Program-made: the position numbers and the translations under genes | Source: Epiperipatus broadwayi | Lineage: Eukaryota > Animalia > Onychophora | NCBI GenBank assembly: GCA_028023455.1 | Contig: JAQFVV010000010.1 | Coordinates: 11,594,001 to 11,658,000 of the forward strand | Direction of reading: 5' to 3' | DNA: 64,000 bases | Part shown: one piece after another, positions 24,046 through 38,800 of the stretch | Layout of the letters: each line of letters opens with the position of its first letter | Position numbering within the stretch: position 1 is the first letter of the stretch | The notes under the pieces: model-generated | What the model saw: the letters and a program-made list of their open reading frames with translations, nothing else | Databases searched by the model: none | What the model was told of the DNA's origin: nothing

Positions 24046-27000
24046 AACAAAAAAATTTTGGTAAATTTTTGTCCAAAGTCTGAAATTCAAACAAAATACA
24101 TAAATAAATAATTAATTGAAATAAAAATATCTAAATATTAATTCTTGTTTTAAAAGATTTGTAAATGGTGCAACAAATTATTGAAGAAAATATAAGAATA
24201 AAAATAATTTAGAATAATTAAAAGCAATTTTGGACTATATATATTTCTGGTCAATATTTCCCCGATGACTCTTAAACATCTGTTTCATAAAAATAGAAAC
24301 TCTAAGTGCACTAATTATAAACTATTAAAATAATTTTCGTAACCTGTACATATGTCTTTACAAAGCTTGTGATGACATCGTGGAAAAATTACACATCATA
24401 AAAAAATTTAAATTACTTAATAAAACAATCCCCATACCAGATTTTTTGTAAAAATATGAAATAGGATATTTAGTTCATGATAGGAAAACTACTACTAAAA
24501 TATACAACCACAAAGTTATACAAATCATTAATATACACGTGGTCACTTCTTATGCGCATGTAATTTTTATAAGATTAGATAGATGTCGTTAACGTCCAGT
24601 TTGCCAATATATTTGAAAATAGTATGTACATACACGATATAATTTATAATGAAATAAGGTAACAAAAATGTACAATTAAAAAGAAATTCTGAAATAATAA
24701 AAATAAAATCGGATTTCTATGGGAGCTACACTTAGCTTAACTATAAGCCGCATGTGGTTCTGAGAGTTGCATTTTTCCACCATTAGTATAATGCATTACT
24801 CACTAGAAAAACCCGTAGAATCAATTGCTTTTATATAATCTACGAATCTAAAGCATAATGGCAACTCATACTCATTAATCTTTTCTATAACGTCTTGTTA
24901 TTTTGATGTGATTTGTTGTGTTAAAACCACTCATATCTTGGTTAGTCACTCTAAATAAGATGTAATTATCTTGATAAGTTGTACATAACTAATAGAAGAC
25001 TAATAAGTACAGTAATTTTTAATATCTTTTTGTTTCTAATATCTGGCATATCTATCTTTTAAATGTTTTACTATTTAGTTTTAAACAACAGTTTTTCTAT
25101 TTCTTTATATGTTTTTTTTTTTTTTTTAGATATTAACAATGATTTCATCATTCCTCAAACTTTCCTTTCATCATAGACTAAGAGCAATTCTCATCTCTTC
25201 ATTTAAAATTAAAAAGAAAAATCTTAGAATTTTTTTGATATTCAGAAGTGAAATACCATTCAACTCTCCACACTATGTTGACAAGTTGGTTTATCATATT
25301 ATCACATAATAATAACAGCTACAATGATAAAAATGTATATAGTGAACATTAGGAATTTTTTCTGCTCAGTTAGACTTCAAAGAATCCAGTTAATAGCAAA
25401 CTTCTTCCTAGAACCTAAAATTTTGCATATATATTGCAATAGTTTCTGGATACGATATAAAATTATTTTATTAGCAGTATAAAACATTTTTATAAAACAA
25501 TAATTAATAAAACTATTTATTTTTATTGATTAATTTTTTCCTTTTATTATTCTTGGTTTAAAATGCAAATCAACTGATTCTATTATTTATTTATTCTTTC
25601 TATTTAACAAATTAATGTAATCTTTTTTTAAAAATCTTAAGACTGAAAAAATGTTTTTATCTTTCAAAAGTAACCTTTATTAGTTAAAAGATTACAAAAA
25701 ATTATCGGGTACACTTATGACTATGGTATGCTTCCAATCATTCTTTCCTCAGTTTTTATGTTTGTGATACTATATCTGTATCACAGTTTCATATCAAAGA
25801 CTAGTAGTTTTGAAAGGATAGCTTGGTAAACTCTCTAATAATATTATTTCAGGCATTGGTCTGTTAGATGGTGTTACCATCTATTGAAATTTGTTGTTTT
25901 GTTTTTGTCAACAGTACTTTAGTGATATCAATTATTTTTTTAATCATTGATTTCCAATTATATTTGATCTCAAGAATTTTGTTCTTTGAACTTTTCTGAA
26001 TATACTTACCACTTTTGAGAATGGTTGAGCCATTAATTATGCGTCTAAAATTTGATATTTAAAAAATCACACATCTTTTTTTTTTTTTTGATAGGCTTAT
26101 GAGTCTGTTGTCAACTTCCTATCACAGACTCCTTCCTCTCAGAGATTTCTGTCTGTAAAAGCAAAAAAAAAAAAGTTAGTAGATATGTTTCCATTCCTAA
26201 ATTACATAATAAAAAAAATGCACATTTTATTTTTGAAAGTACTCGTGACATTAAAATAATAGTTATTGATATTGGCAAATGTCATTAAACTTCTAAATTA
26301 TTACATAACTTTGGTATGCTTTCAAAACAATAATAATAACTTGATTATAGAAATACAATCTCATACAGAATCAGACAAGAAACAGAAGTAGTTAAGTAAT
26401 AATAATAGAATAACAGCATCATTTAGAAAGCGCAAGTATTACTTCTGTTAATCCTCTAAATTAAATTAAAAAGTATTAAATAACAGAAAATGTATAGAAA
26501 TAAAATATTTTAAAATCCATTTTGATGATTTATGCAATTTCAGAAACATATTGACTTTTTTAAAAATTAAATAATGTTTTTTCCTGCATTGTTTAATAAT
26601 CAAGTAATACAACTCACATTATTTTCTGTCCCACAAGTAACTTAAAATTTAATTTACATTATAAACAGTAAATCACTATTTTCTATCCCAGAGATAAGCC
26701 TGAGTAATCAATCTACACTCGATTATAACATGTTCCATATTCCCAGATTAGTTTCTTGCTATTGATCTTTCCCAATGTAAACTATTGTAGAACAACTATT
26801 TAATTCTATAGTAGTTCAGTTGGTGCTTTTGTTACCATTTTTAAAACTGTCTTTACATGTTTGATTTGCTGAGTGTTAATTATAACTATTTTAATGTTAC
26901 ATTTGCAATCTATATTCATGGATCTCCCTGATTTATTTAATTTTGATAATAATTCAATTTTTTTAGAATTTTTAATTCAGTATTTAAGTTTCGGTAGATT

Positions 27001-28380
27001 TTTTTCAAATTCCTCATCCTGGTTGTTGTCACTGTATTATCCCCGTCATTTAATAGAAATATGCAGATAATAGTCCAAATATTTGAGAACCAGGCACTCT
27101 TCACAAACCTGGGAGCTTAATTGTAAGTATAGAGGATTTGAACTCAGATTTTCAAGCACCCTTCAACTATCCACACTATCTCATACAACTGATACCCATG
27201 ACCACACACATGTAGAAAAGATTAATAATCACCAATATACGTATTTCATGCTAATAGTTCCATAACTTTTAAAGTGCAAATATACACAGAACAATCATTT
27301 AATAAATTACTGAAATAATGTTATTTTTGTACAATATTTTGAAGAAATTAATTTAAAAAAGTGGTAAATGTCTTAGAATGTTAATGCTTGTTACCATGAC
27401 ATTGGAATTTCACTTTATGTACAAGTAATAATGCTTTACAATTGATGAGATAATTAAATAATTTATTTTAATACTTGGACTTAGTAACTATACTAATATG
27501 TTATTTTCAGAGCTTAGAAAACAGAACACTAATTAATGTTAGTTTTCTTTTTTAATAAACAAAAAAAAATTATTTTGTCAATAGTTGTTTTATGTAAAAA
27601 TGTTATTACTTAAACAAAATTATTAAGAATGGTAATCATTATAGAAATTTTACATATATCATTTTTTATTCATTTATTCAGGTTAAGTACAGGTCAAAAT
27701 ATATTTATACAAGAGCAAGTGTCATTCTTATACTTAGCTAGTTGTACTTTTATGTAAAAGAAAATTTTCTTGTTTACATATTTTTTAAAAAACAAACAAA
27801 CTGCAAAATATGCTAATAATAATGTTAACAACAAATTACATTTCAATAATATATTTATTATATGTAATAAAAATGTTGATTATATCATATTACATATTCA
27901 TATATACATTACTATAACTAAGTTTCCTCCCTTTCCCCCTTTTTAATATATTTTTTAATTTGATTTTTATTTTCATATAATGTTGCAAGGTTTTTAATTT
28001 AATGGATGAATTATTGAATAATTGAATGATTTCTTATTACAATATTTTGAAACTATGTATGTATCCATTTTTCTTAGATGCATTTCAAGCTGTTTTTTAT
28101 ATTGTTTTTTGAAAGTATTTATCAAAAAAAAAATTTCTGTATAATTATATATTCAAAAAGTTGATTGAATAATAAAACATTGTTTTTGTATTCACTTTAT
28201 TTATGTATAGAATTTCCTCCTGTTAGATCAATTATTCTTTTTTAGTAACATTAGAAAAGCTTGCAAAACCACAAAATGTTATTCCATATCTCAATAAAAA
28301 GATTCACATAAAGATTTATATATAATAATTTAAGTAAATCATGTGATGTGATATAATATAAAGTATTTTTATAATGAGAT

Positions 28381-28590
28381 ATTATTTTATATAGCGCTAT
28401 GTTTTAATACTGTAATAGTGATATTAGTGATTAATCCAATGCACATTGCTTAACACCTTCACGCTCTCATTTTCATATGCTTAAGATTTGCCCATACATA
28501 AATGTTTGGGTCAAAAGAATGGGTGGATTCATTCCATTCTTTCTAAAATACTATATCTTGTGTCTGGAAAAAGTGAGAGTATTCATTTAT
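28381..28590. repeat. Diverged family-D copy with internal inversion
   Basis: Starts with the reverse-complemented tail (attattttatatagcgctatgtttt), then switches to the + orientation body (ctctcattttcatatgcttaagatttgcccatac...gtgagagtattcatttat). Confidence 0.75.
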
Positions 28591-28949
28591 AAAATGTTTT
28601 TATGTAAGAGCAATAATATATATCATAATAACCATCCGTACACATAAAATTTTGCTCTGTTCAGCAAATATAAATTTTTGCCCTATTCAGTCTGCTTGAA
28701 CTATTTTGCATTTACGACCTACATTGTAAAATAGTTCAAACACATTGAAAAAGGCAAAAATTAATATTTTCCAAAAAGAGCATTTATGTGTATGATTATT
28801 TTTATTATTATATATATTATTGCTGTTATATAAAAATATATTATATCACATTGTATGATTTATTTAAATATACGTAAAAGTAACATAATGGATTAAACTT
28901 TCCATTTTTGATGATATATAATAATAAGGATATTTAAAGGAAAAATATC

Positions 28950-31000
28950 TTTAATTTTGTAGAATATTGTTATAAATCATTAAATTTATTAATTGGTATA
29001 TTAATATATTTCCAAGACAAATATTCCAGAATATTTAATATATTTTACTTGTTCTATTTTTATACATTTATTATCATTACATGTTACATTATTATCATAC
29101 ATACAATCATGTAAATGTACATTTATATCAATATTTTATATTTCATATGAGGAGAGCATATTAACATTATGGTTTTTTTTTCTATGTAAATTCCTTTCTT
29201 GAAGTACCAAAGAACAATTTTTGTTCAGACTTTTTTGACATTCTTTAATTGCAATATCAATATTGTTATTTATACTCATAATAACAGTATCATCTGCATA
29301 TTGATCCTTCAGTATTAATATTTACTAGATCATTTATGAAAATCAGAAACAACCTGAGAAACTCCATATAAATTTTTTTGTTTATTACTCAATACATTTA
29401 ATATTTTTAATGCAACATGTCTATCATTTAAGTAATTTTAGTAAAACAGAGCAATTTACCTCTAATTCTACAATTTTTTAAAGTGTGAATCAATTGTTTA
29501 TCCTTAATGATGTCAAAAGCTTTATAAAATTCTATAAAAAATTAGTTACATATTTTTTATTATTTGACACACTATTAATTTTATCTGCAAAATTCTCCAA
29601 TAATATAGTTGTGGTTCTTTTTATAAATCCATATTTGTTTTTTAAAAAAATATTTTTGAAAATTTTTTTTTAATTATTTGAGAAATAATTTTCTCTTATG
29701 TTAGCAATTGAAGGAAGGATAGATACAACTGTATAGTTAAGTTATCAAAATTATTTTTATCACCAAATTTATAAACTGTTCTTACAATAGATATTTTTAA
29801 TATTTAGGAAATGTACTACTTTTTATTATTTATTAATCGTGTAAATGATAATATCAGTTAGAATATCAATATTATTTTTTATATCTGCCATTTTGATTTC
29901 ATCTACATTTTTTTATTATTTTGTATAATTCTCCTTTATTTAAATTTGGCATGATTAAATTTTTTTTAGTTTGTTAACTCTTTCTACAAATATTGTATTA
30001 AAAGTATTTTCTATCATTTATATTAAAATATATTTTTTGAATCTTCATTATTTATAGAACTTGATTTCCATAGTAATATTTCATTTATTTTCTCCTAATT
30101 GTTATTATGTCACTTCACTTTTCATTATAAAACTTATTATAAAACAATCATTTCTTTGCTCTTATTATAGAATTAACTTTATTTCTTAATGCATGATTTT
30201 GTTTATTTTGTTTACATTCCTTCCATAATTTGTTTTTCTTTTATTTCAGTATTTTTCTTCTATCTAATTTACATTGTACTTTCTATTATTTTTTTAATCA
30301 CAATGATTTCTTTGGACTTTTTGTATATATATAAACTTCTCGTACATAGTATTAATGGCAATATTTTTTTTATTATTTCATTCCAGTCAGTTGCTTGTAA
30401 AAAAATTAACTAGCTTCTTATTATACAATATCAATTTATTTTCAACTATTTCTGATATTTTATTATGTTGTATTTTGTTTGGAATAGATATAAATGTAAA
30501 ATAACAATCATCAGAATTTTCTTTAATAACAGCAGTGAAAATATTTTTCATTAGGTTTGTGGTCAATATATGATGAAACTAAGTTATTCATTATAATTTC
30601 TTCTCTTGCGTATGTTTTAAATACCATAAATAACCAATGCATAGTCTTCAACAGTTTTAGAATTTTTATATAAATCAATATTCATATCACCTATTAATAT
30701 TATTTCATTATTAATTTGTCTAAAACATTTTAACCATGATTTTAATTTATCTATAAAAATTTTGTAATCACTCTGTTAGTTTGTATATTACTAGTAACAT
30801 AACTTTTTTACTACTTAATTTAAAAGTTATATAAATTGCGTCACATCTGTTAAAATTGGCTTCCAATTTTTCAACAAAAATTTTCTCTAATAAAAATCAG
30901 CATACTACCGCCATTTCTAGGATTTCTTCAATATGCATTTTTTTTATATAATTTATAGTATTATAAAAACTTAACTTCGTTTTTTTCTATTCATTTCAGG
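28950..31000 (-). mobile_element. Degraded LINE ORF2 (CR1/L2/Jockey group): AP endonuclease plus RT
   Basis: Minus frames read IILIGDMNIDL (about 30700), KAFDII...IRGKLL...YLNDR (about 29430-29530) and YGVSQ...FLIFINDL...QYADDTVI (about 29280-29370). Many stops and shifts; the ends are approximate. Confidence 0.75.
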
Positions 31001-31685
31001 TAATATAAGAAAATCAATTAGATTAACGTAAGAATATGCAGTTGCTATAAATTCATCCCAATTTTTTACACTTCTAAAGATAACGTGAAGTATATTATAA
31101 ATATTGTTTGCAATATTAAATTTCATTTTCTCAGTCTTCAAATGTATTAAAGTTCTTACATACTTATCTTTAATGATTTCCGATATTACAAGCTTATCAC
31201 CTTTGTACTAAGAATACATTCAAAGACATTTAAAATTAGAACTGCAAAATATTAATAATATCATTTTCATTCTTTATTTATATTCTTTTGATCCATATAT
31301 ATATATATTTATAATTTTTTCATTTTGCTACATTTGTAGTTCTTTATAATATTTTTTTATTTTTGTTAAAGCTTTATTAATATTTATATTTTATCTCCTT
31401 TATCTTGAGTAATCAAGTCATTAAAAAGTGTCTTTATTTTTCTAAATAATCTTTTTTAAAATTTTATTTAGCCATTATTTGGCATAATGAATATCTTTAA
31501 ATTCAATTAAATTAGAATCTTCTGTTTCAGCAAATTTATTATTTATTCTCTATATATATTAGTTATATATCCTTTATCAAAATCCTTCCTTGTCCAACTT
31601 ATTCTTAAATAAATTAAATGTATGGCATATATTTTCATTTTCATTAGACTTTAAGCCGAATATTTCAACAAAGGGGACTAATTGG

Positions 31686-32090
31686 TACTAATTTAGTAAG
31701 TGCTCACTGCCATTTTGAATTATAAGGACTGCCTAAAACCACTGCTGACACATACAAGCGATAAATAATACCGAATAATTCATACATGGTCACGATATGA
31801 CCATTCATTACAAAATCACAATTTACATCAATAATTAAAAAATTAAAGCACTTTAATTTTTGAATTATTGATGTAAATTGTGATTTTCTGTGTTTTAGTC
31901 ATATGATTTGATCATGCATAGTTGGAGGAAATTTGTACTTTAATTTTTTAATTATTGATGTAAATTGTGATTTTTAAACAAATGGTCATATCTTGACTAC
32001 TCGTGGATTATTCCATGTCATTTATCACTTGTATGTCTGTGTCAGTGATGGTTTTATAATTCAAAATGGTGGTGAGCATATACTATTTCA
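31686..32090. repeat. Nested fold-back (MITE-like) element
   Basis: Outer arms gctcactgccattttgaattataa.../...ttataattcaaaatggtggtgagc. The inner segment ttaattattgatgtaaattgtgatttt occurs twice on + (about 31860 and 31950) and once inverted (about 31812-31845). Confidence 0.8.
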
Positions 32091-33605
32091 GTATTGACTA
32101 ATTTTAATTGTTCATCATATATAACATAGAAGAAATTCATTGCTTTTTTGAACTTTAAATCATTAATCAAATTAATTTTTGTTTCCATTTTTATTATTTT
32201 TTTAATTTCTGCTATTTCTTTTCCAAAGGAGTTATCAATCTAATTTTCAATCCTGGAGCCTTTTTATTTTTTGCATTTTTAACATTTTCAGGATTTTTTT
32301 TTTTTTTTGGTGTTGCTCGTATTTCTATAAGCAGATTCCTTTCAATCCTGAACATTAGAAATGACAAGAACCTTGACAAATCCCTTACACAATGCAAAAT
32401 CCCCTTCCTCTCCAAGAAGTAAATGTTATACATTACAGTTAACCATATTAAAAAAAACTCAATATATTTTATAATATTAATACTATCTATGTTCTTTATT
32501 ATTTTTTACAATGCCTTTTTACAACCCACTATTGACAGTTTTGATTGCTCCAGCAATCTTCAGAACTTCTACTTATATTTCCAAATCAATGTCACAAAAA
32601 AATAATCACAACAGTAGAGATCTTTTAATAAAAATAATTATGATTTAGAAATATTTTTTTAAAAAATAGTAATGTATAATGCAAAAACATCTCGATAAAA
32701 ACATAAAAATAAATAAATTAGTTGTATATAGAGCTATTCTTCCATATTTATTGAATTGAAGCGAAATATAAATTAGATCAACTTAACATAGTCATTGGAC
32801 AATTTTCATTTAAGAATCCTTTGCAAACAATGGTAAAATTACAAAACCAGTATGATCTTCAGATTTATTGGATTGGACATAAAATAGTAACAACAATCTT
32901 AAAAAAAACCTTTTATGGAAAATACGAACATAGTTTTATGAAAGAAATAATGTCTTTCTATTATAAAGATTTTCTCAAAGGTATTCTAAAGAGAGGCAAT
33001 ATCTTTGATTGGTTTGTTATGGCTGAGAATAGAATGCAATGGAAATGTATAATTAGGCAAGTTGTTAAGTGTTTCAGAAAAAAATGTTTATGCAGAAGTT
33101 AAAGGTCAGCATGATATATATGGATGATTTTTTTGTTTTTGGGTTAATTTATATAATTATTACAAAATTGGCATCAAGTTTTTGGTCCTTGTTCTTTTTT
33201 CATCTTTTTTTAAATTCTTGAGTTATTATGGTTATACTCATTTGTGAATGAATTCTAATACTAATGATGACAGAAACGGTGAGGGAAAACACAAACAAAG
33301 TTTATAAAATGTTATTATTGGTAAAGGTCTAGAAACTTTGTATCTAAAGAAAGATAAGTTGACAATGATGGTCAATGTTTCCTTATAAGACTGTTATAAA
33401 AGTGAGTGCAGTAATCTGAAATGGTTCTTGATAGTTCTTTAAATTTTGTAGAAATCAGATTCAATGTATAATGTATCTGAGAGATTATTAGATGATTGTT
33501 CTTTTGGTAAATTTTATGTTTGTTCGTTATTTATATTTATCTGAACTCTAAACCTCAATCATCTTTTGAGATATATGGAAAACTGATGTAAACAAATATC
33601 ACCTA

Positions 33606-33871
33606 ATTATTTTACAAGCGCAATGTTTTTTTAAATTGTAACTATATAGAAGGTAATCAAACCTCCACACCAATGCCATTAAACAAGATCTTAAACTGCA
33701 AAGATACTCTCGGACCAGTCACATTACCATTTGAGTTCAGAAATAAGAAGACTGTTCTTATTTCCTTAACGACTTTATCTTGTGGCTGGGGTGAGAATAA
33801 CCTTGCAGTTTTAAGATCTTGTTTAACGGCAGTGGTATGGAGGTTTGATTACTTTCTATATAGTTATAATT
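33606..33871. repeat. Fold-back related to family D
   Basis: Arms about 33634-33701 and 33802-33871. Preceded by the reverse-complemented family-D-like tail attattttacaagcgcaatgtttt, and the spacer contains gactttatcttgtg...gtgagaata, shared with family D. Confidence 0.7.
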
Positions 33872-35411
33872 AAAATAATTTAAATAGCATATTATTGCAT
33901 TTTATAAAATTAAATTATTTAATATAGCATTAATATTCTATGGTCAAAATAATCTAACATATTTTAAAGAATTTTTCCCTTCCCTCCAGTTGGATAATTT
34001 ATTTCTAAATTATCAAAATAAATGTAGGAAAAAAAAACAAGCAGCATATGCTAGTGCTGTAGATGCAAGCTAATATTTTATGATGGGGGGAAAAACACTA
34101 TAATTGCTATCTTTTTATATAAATTGTGTAATAATTTTCGAACATTTCCTAGCTAAAAATTTGTTCTATCTTTATAAAAACATACTATTTTCTTGCAAAT
34201 AGACATATTTACATTAATAATTTTTTAAAAGTCATCAAAAATATATTATTTTTGTTTATATCATAGAAATGCCACTTGAGTATTGATTGATAAATGATAG
34301 TGAATTTTAAATTCAACATTGTCTCCCTCTTTCCTTTGAATAAATCAAACACTCATTTTCATTTAATATAAGATATTTTCAGACTATTATATTTTGTTTA
34401 TCACTTTCTCCTATATCCTGTTCTCCTTCTGAGTTATCTGATCAGCCTCAATTTTTGACCTGCTACCTTTGCATATGCTGCAATTTTCAAAACACTTTAG
34501 TTATACATTTGCATACCTTTGGTTTCACTTTTTTCACCAAAACATTACACCACAGGGAATTACTAAGTACTTGACTATCAAACTATAATGTCTTAATTTA
34601 ATAGCAGAGATTTGATAAATAACTTCACCACTTTAGTTGTTCTTGTCTTTGTGGACTTTTTATTCTAGAGCATTTCTTTAATGGAAACAAATAGTTGTTG
34701 TTTTTAGTTTCTGTCATTATTAATAATAAAATACAGAAATAAAATAAATTGAATTTTAGTTTGATTTTTATATTAATGTTGTAAATGCAGCTAAACTTAA
34801 CAGTGCCATCAAAATAAGTAAAACTTCGTTTTAAGTATTTTTAGATGATATGTATTTAAATTATGAATTTGTTAAATTAGTTAATTGTGTGAAATTAAAA
34901 TTTTTAATTTATTTTCTATTATAGGAAAGTGATTGGTTTATTGAAATATTCAAATAATGTCAGCTGTGAATTTGGAAACTTTTTTGATAAAGGAGGTAAA
35001 TAAGTGTTTTATTACTCATACATAGTTTAATGTTATATTCAGCATTAATTTTACAAATAAAAACTACAACTTTTTAATGATAAGAATAATATTATATAAA
35101 GTTGTATATTGTATTATTTCCAGCATTTAGTTGAATTGTTAAATGATTTTAGAAAAAAAAAATACTTTACTTCTACTTTTCCAAATACTTAACTGTTTGT
35201 AATAACATATAAACTATATGGAATTTAATGTTTTATGTGATATTTTCACCTCTCTTTTCCAACCAAATAAATTGATTTAAAACATCACCTTAAATTCAGT
35301 ATTTACAAATCTAAAGCTTATCAAAACAATTCCCATACTTGAATGTTAGGCCTGCAATATTTAAAAAAGAAAGGATAAAAATACTATTTGATCTATACTT
35401 ACTCATATTGT

Positions 35412-35833
35412 TATTATTAATCATCATTATCAACCATTATTAATGCACTGCAGGATGAAGGTCTCTCCAAGTTCAATTCATCTTCAATCTTTAGCTTCTT
35501 TTCTCCACGTCACCCCTGCACACTTTCTTATTTTATCCATCCATCTCACACGTGGTCTCTTTCTGGGCCTTTTACAATCTCTTGGAATCCAGTTTAAGAT
35601 TTCAATTGTCCATCTATTATCATCTCTTCTAGCAATATGTCCAGCCCAACTCCACTTCAGGCTTTTAATTTTTTCAATGAGGTCAGTAACACCTGTTTGT
35701 TCTCTTATCCATATATTGCTTTTTCGATCACTTCTTGTTACTCCTAACATGCATCTCTTCATACTTCTTTGAGTGGTCTGAAATCTCTATATTGCTCTTC
35801 TATTAAGTGTCCAAGTCTCAGATCCTTCGTAAG
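35412..35833 (-). mobile_element. 5'-truncated RTE-clade LINE 3' end
   Basis: TYEGSETWTLN...TQRSMKRCMLGVTRSDRKSNIWIREQTGV...KWSWAGHIARRDDNRWT...W.PR..KR.R.RP..RW, followed by an ATAATGATGA/TAA-type tail. Confidence 0.9.
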
Positions 35834-38800
35834 TTATTATTAATAGGCAAATGTATTTGGAAAAATATTAAGAAAGTATGCTTTTTTTCTTAAAACATTT
35901 AACAATTCAATTACTGATAGAATTGTTCCAAAATATTACTATTATTAAAATGTCATCATTACAATCTTCAAGCAAATATTAATATTATATATATGTAAAT
36001 AAATTTTAATTCCATTATTTAAAATACTTACACAATCCATTTTGATTAGTTTGTGTTGTGCTTTAATAGGAAGGCAAAAGTGTTTACTTCATTTAAGCAT
36101 TTGTTTACATATATATAAATGACATTATTTTGATTCATTTGTATTTGATTCATAGTACTAATGTATCAATGTTTTGTCTGTGTTGCACCGGCCATCAACT
36201 GGATAATAAATGTTATTATAAAAAATAATTATAAAGATACTGTAAACATTGATGTACAACAAGATTTAAGGTTCAACAAATAGAAAATGAAACAGAAAAT
36301 TTTAAAAATACAAAGATGGAATGAAATAATAGATTTTTTTTTAAAAATTACATATTGTTCAGATTAATAGGTTTTAAAAAACTTCTTCCAAAGGTAGTTT
36401 ACTTGTATCATTACTTTTGTCGATATAGTCTGAATTTTTAAGAATGTCGATGGTTTCTGTGATCATACATGGGTGGAGAATGTCATGTCTGATAGGATCT
36501 TGGTGGCTGAGAAATCTATATTATGATCTAACATGGAGTGAGAGACCCAATGATAGTGAAACTGTATTAGCATTTTTATCTTTCTTAGCACTGATGTGAT
36601 GATTTCTAGGAAAGATGAACATGCTAATACAGTTAAGTAGCACTCATGACCATCAGCAGTTTTACTCCATGCTATGGATATGGGTTATAATATAGGTTTC
36701 TCAAACATTAGGATCCTATGAAGCTATGACACTCGAATCAATGTAAGATTAGAGAAGCCATTGAAATCCTTAAAAGACCATATACTTGTAAACAAGCTTT
36801 TCATTTGGAAATTTTTTTTAAAACCTATTAATCTAAATAGCTTCTCATTTTCATCCCCCCATCTTTATAATTTTTAACTTTTCTGTTCTTGTTTTCAATT
36901 GGTCAAACCTTTAATCTTGTTATATAGCAATGTGTACACTGCCTTTTTAAAGGTTTTTTTATAATAATATTCACTACTCAGTTGATGACCAATGTAACCC
37001 AGTCGAAACGTCAATACATTAGTATTATGAATCATGTACAGATAACGCCAAATAATATGTTATTTGTATCCGTAACTCATGACAATTTTTATTTGGACAT
37101 GATTGTTACGTAATGAATTTATATTACTAAATATTACATATTTAATCAGCAGTAAAAACCATTTGCAAGTAATTAAAGTTATTAATATATATATAATACA
37201 GGTTTGAAAAAAAAATGGAAATAATTTATAATAAGTGTGAATCATATGGATTCAGGTTACAATAAGAATAAACACAGCCAAGTTCATTAAACTAAGGTTA
37301 AGGCAGGAAATAATCCGTTCCCTTGTAAGCAAAGCTTTTGCTATAGTAATCATTGTCATTTATATCAATATATTAAGCGTTGCTCTTCTAATATATATAG
37401 CATTTATATGAACTTTCTTAACGTGTTGTAGTCACTATCATGTGATGTTCTATATTAGGTAATAATAGTTGCCTCTTATCACTTCTGTGAATTACAAACT
37501 TCTCATTGCTAATTGTCATCATAGTAAATTTATTTGGGCCAGCCCAGGGCTTTTATATATTATAATAATGCACCACCAAGAGAATTTGTATGCGATAGTC
37601 TAATTAATATGATTGCTTGATGATAGAATTGGTTATTTATTTACTAACAAACCACCAATAAATGAGTATTTTCTTAAACTACAGATTTTAATGTATGTGA
37701 TAGGGCAAGTTTATTTTATTTAGGTAAGCTAGGCAAGTTTATTTACTGATTAGGTTAATTTATTACAATTTTATTATGAGCTGGGATTTAAATATTTCCC
37801 TGAAAGCACCTAGCTATAAAGGATTTTTAATTTAAAGGAAGCTTTACTGGTTGATATGTAATTAATATATTTATATTTATTATGAGCTGTTACGTAAATG
37901 AATTTTATTAATAACAGCGATATCAGTTTTAAACTTTGATAAATCCTTATAAAGATTATTATGTAAAGTGTGAACTTTAAAAAAGAATTATATTTAGTTT
38001 TGTTACTATTAATATCTTTTACTTTGGCTTTGCTTATTTACTTTACACACATACACACACATTATATATATTATAAGCTACACTGCTTATATACATTATA
38101 TGAGCGAAATGCCCAGGCGCCAGTTCTATTAATGAATAGAACAATATAACAAGATATATAATACAAAACTATTATTGAGACTCTATATTTAAGTTTATGT
38201 TCAGCTCAGCTCAGTGGGAGGCTATAGGCAGTTCATAAGATATATGATGATAAATGAATAAAAGAAGAAATATTACAAAAAACATTTAATATAATGTAAA
38301 TTCCTTTGTTAATTAATTGTATGATAAAGAATCATGTTTATCGGTACAGTCTATTAAAATATACTTTAAACTTGATTTCTTCCTTTATCCAAATATAACA
38401 TATATCAGCTTGCTATAATTATAATACTAAACAATTCTATGACTTGGCATATCACAATCTAAACATCTACTTTAATGCCAATCAAGAAATAAACAATAAG
38501 ATCTCAGGGAATTTAACAAACACAGTTGAATTAAATAAACTACATTGGCCTATAAATTATAATTCTAAAGTATGATAAAAATGTAATGAAACAAATTGAC
38601 TAAAATATTCTACTGTGTTTCAATGATAAGATAATGACAGAAATAGGGTATTTTAATTTCATATCATCATCTAACAAATAAAGTAACTTGGCAACCTTTC
38701 TAATACGTTTATCCAGTGGCAAATGTTCCTTATAATGTTTGGATTAAGTAAAAACAATATTGTCAGACGCCAGCAGATTTAATATTATAACTCTAAAATA

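Noticed and set aside
32531-32566. Minus-strand CTGAAG-ATTGCT-GG-AGCAAT-C-AAAAC-TGTC
   Set aside because: Good hairpin, but the core would need a 3-nt deletion plus G12>A, and helix I is only 2-3 bp. There is no second copy to reconstruct from.
36979-37012. Hammerhead-like CAGTTGA-T-GAC...GTC-GAAACGTC
   Set aside because: Helix II and GAAACGUC fit, but the core has two non-compensated changes (U4, A6) and helix I does not pair. It is at best a dead PLE terminus.
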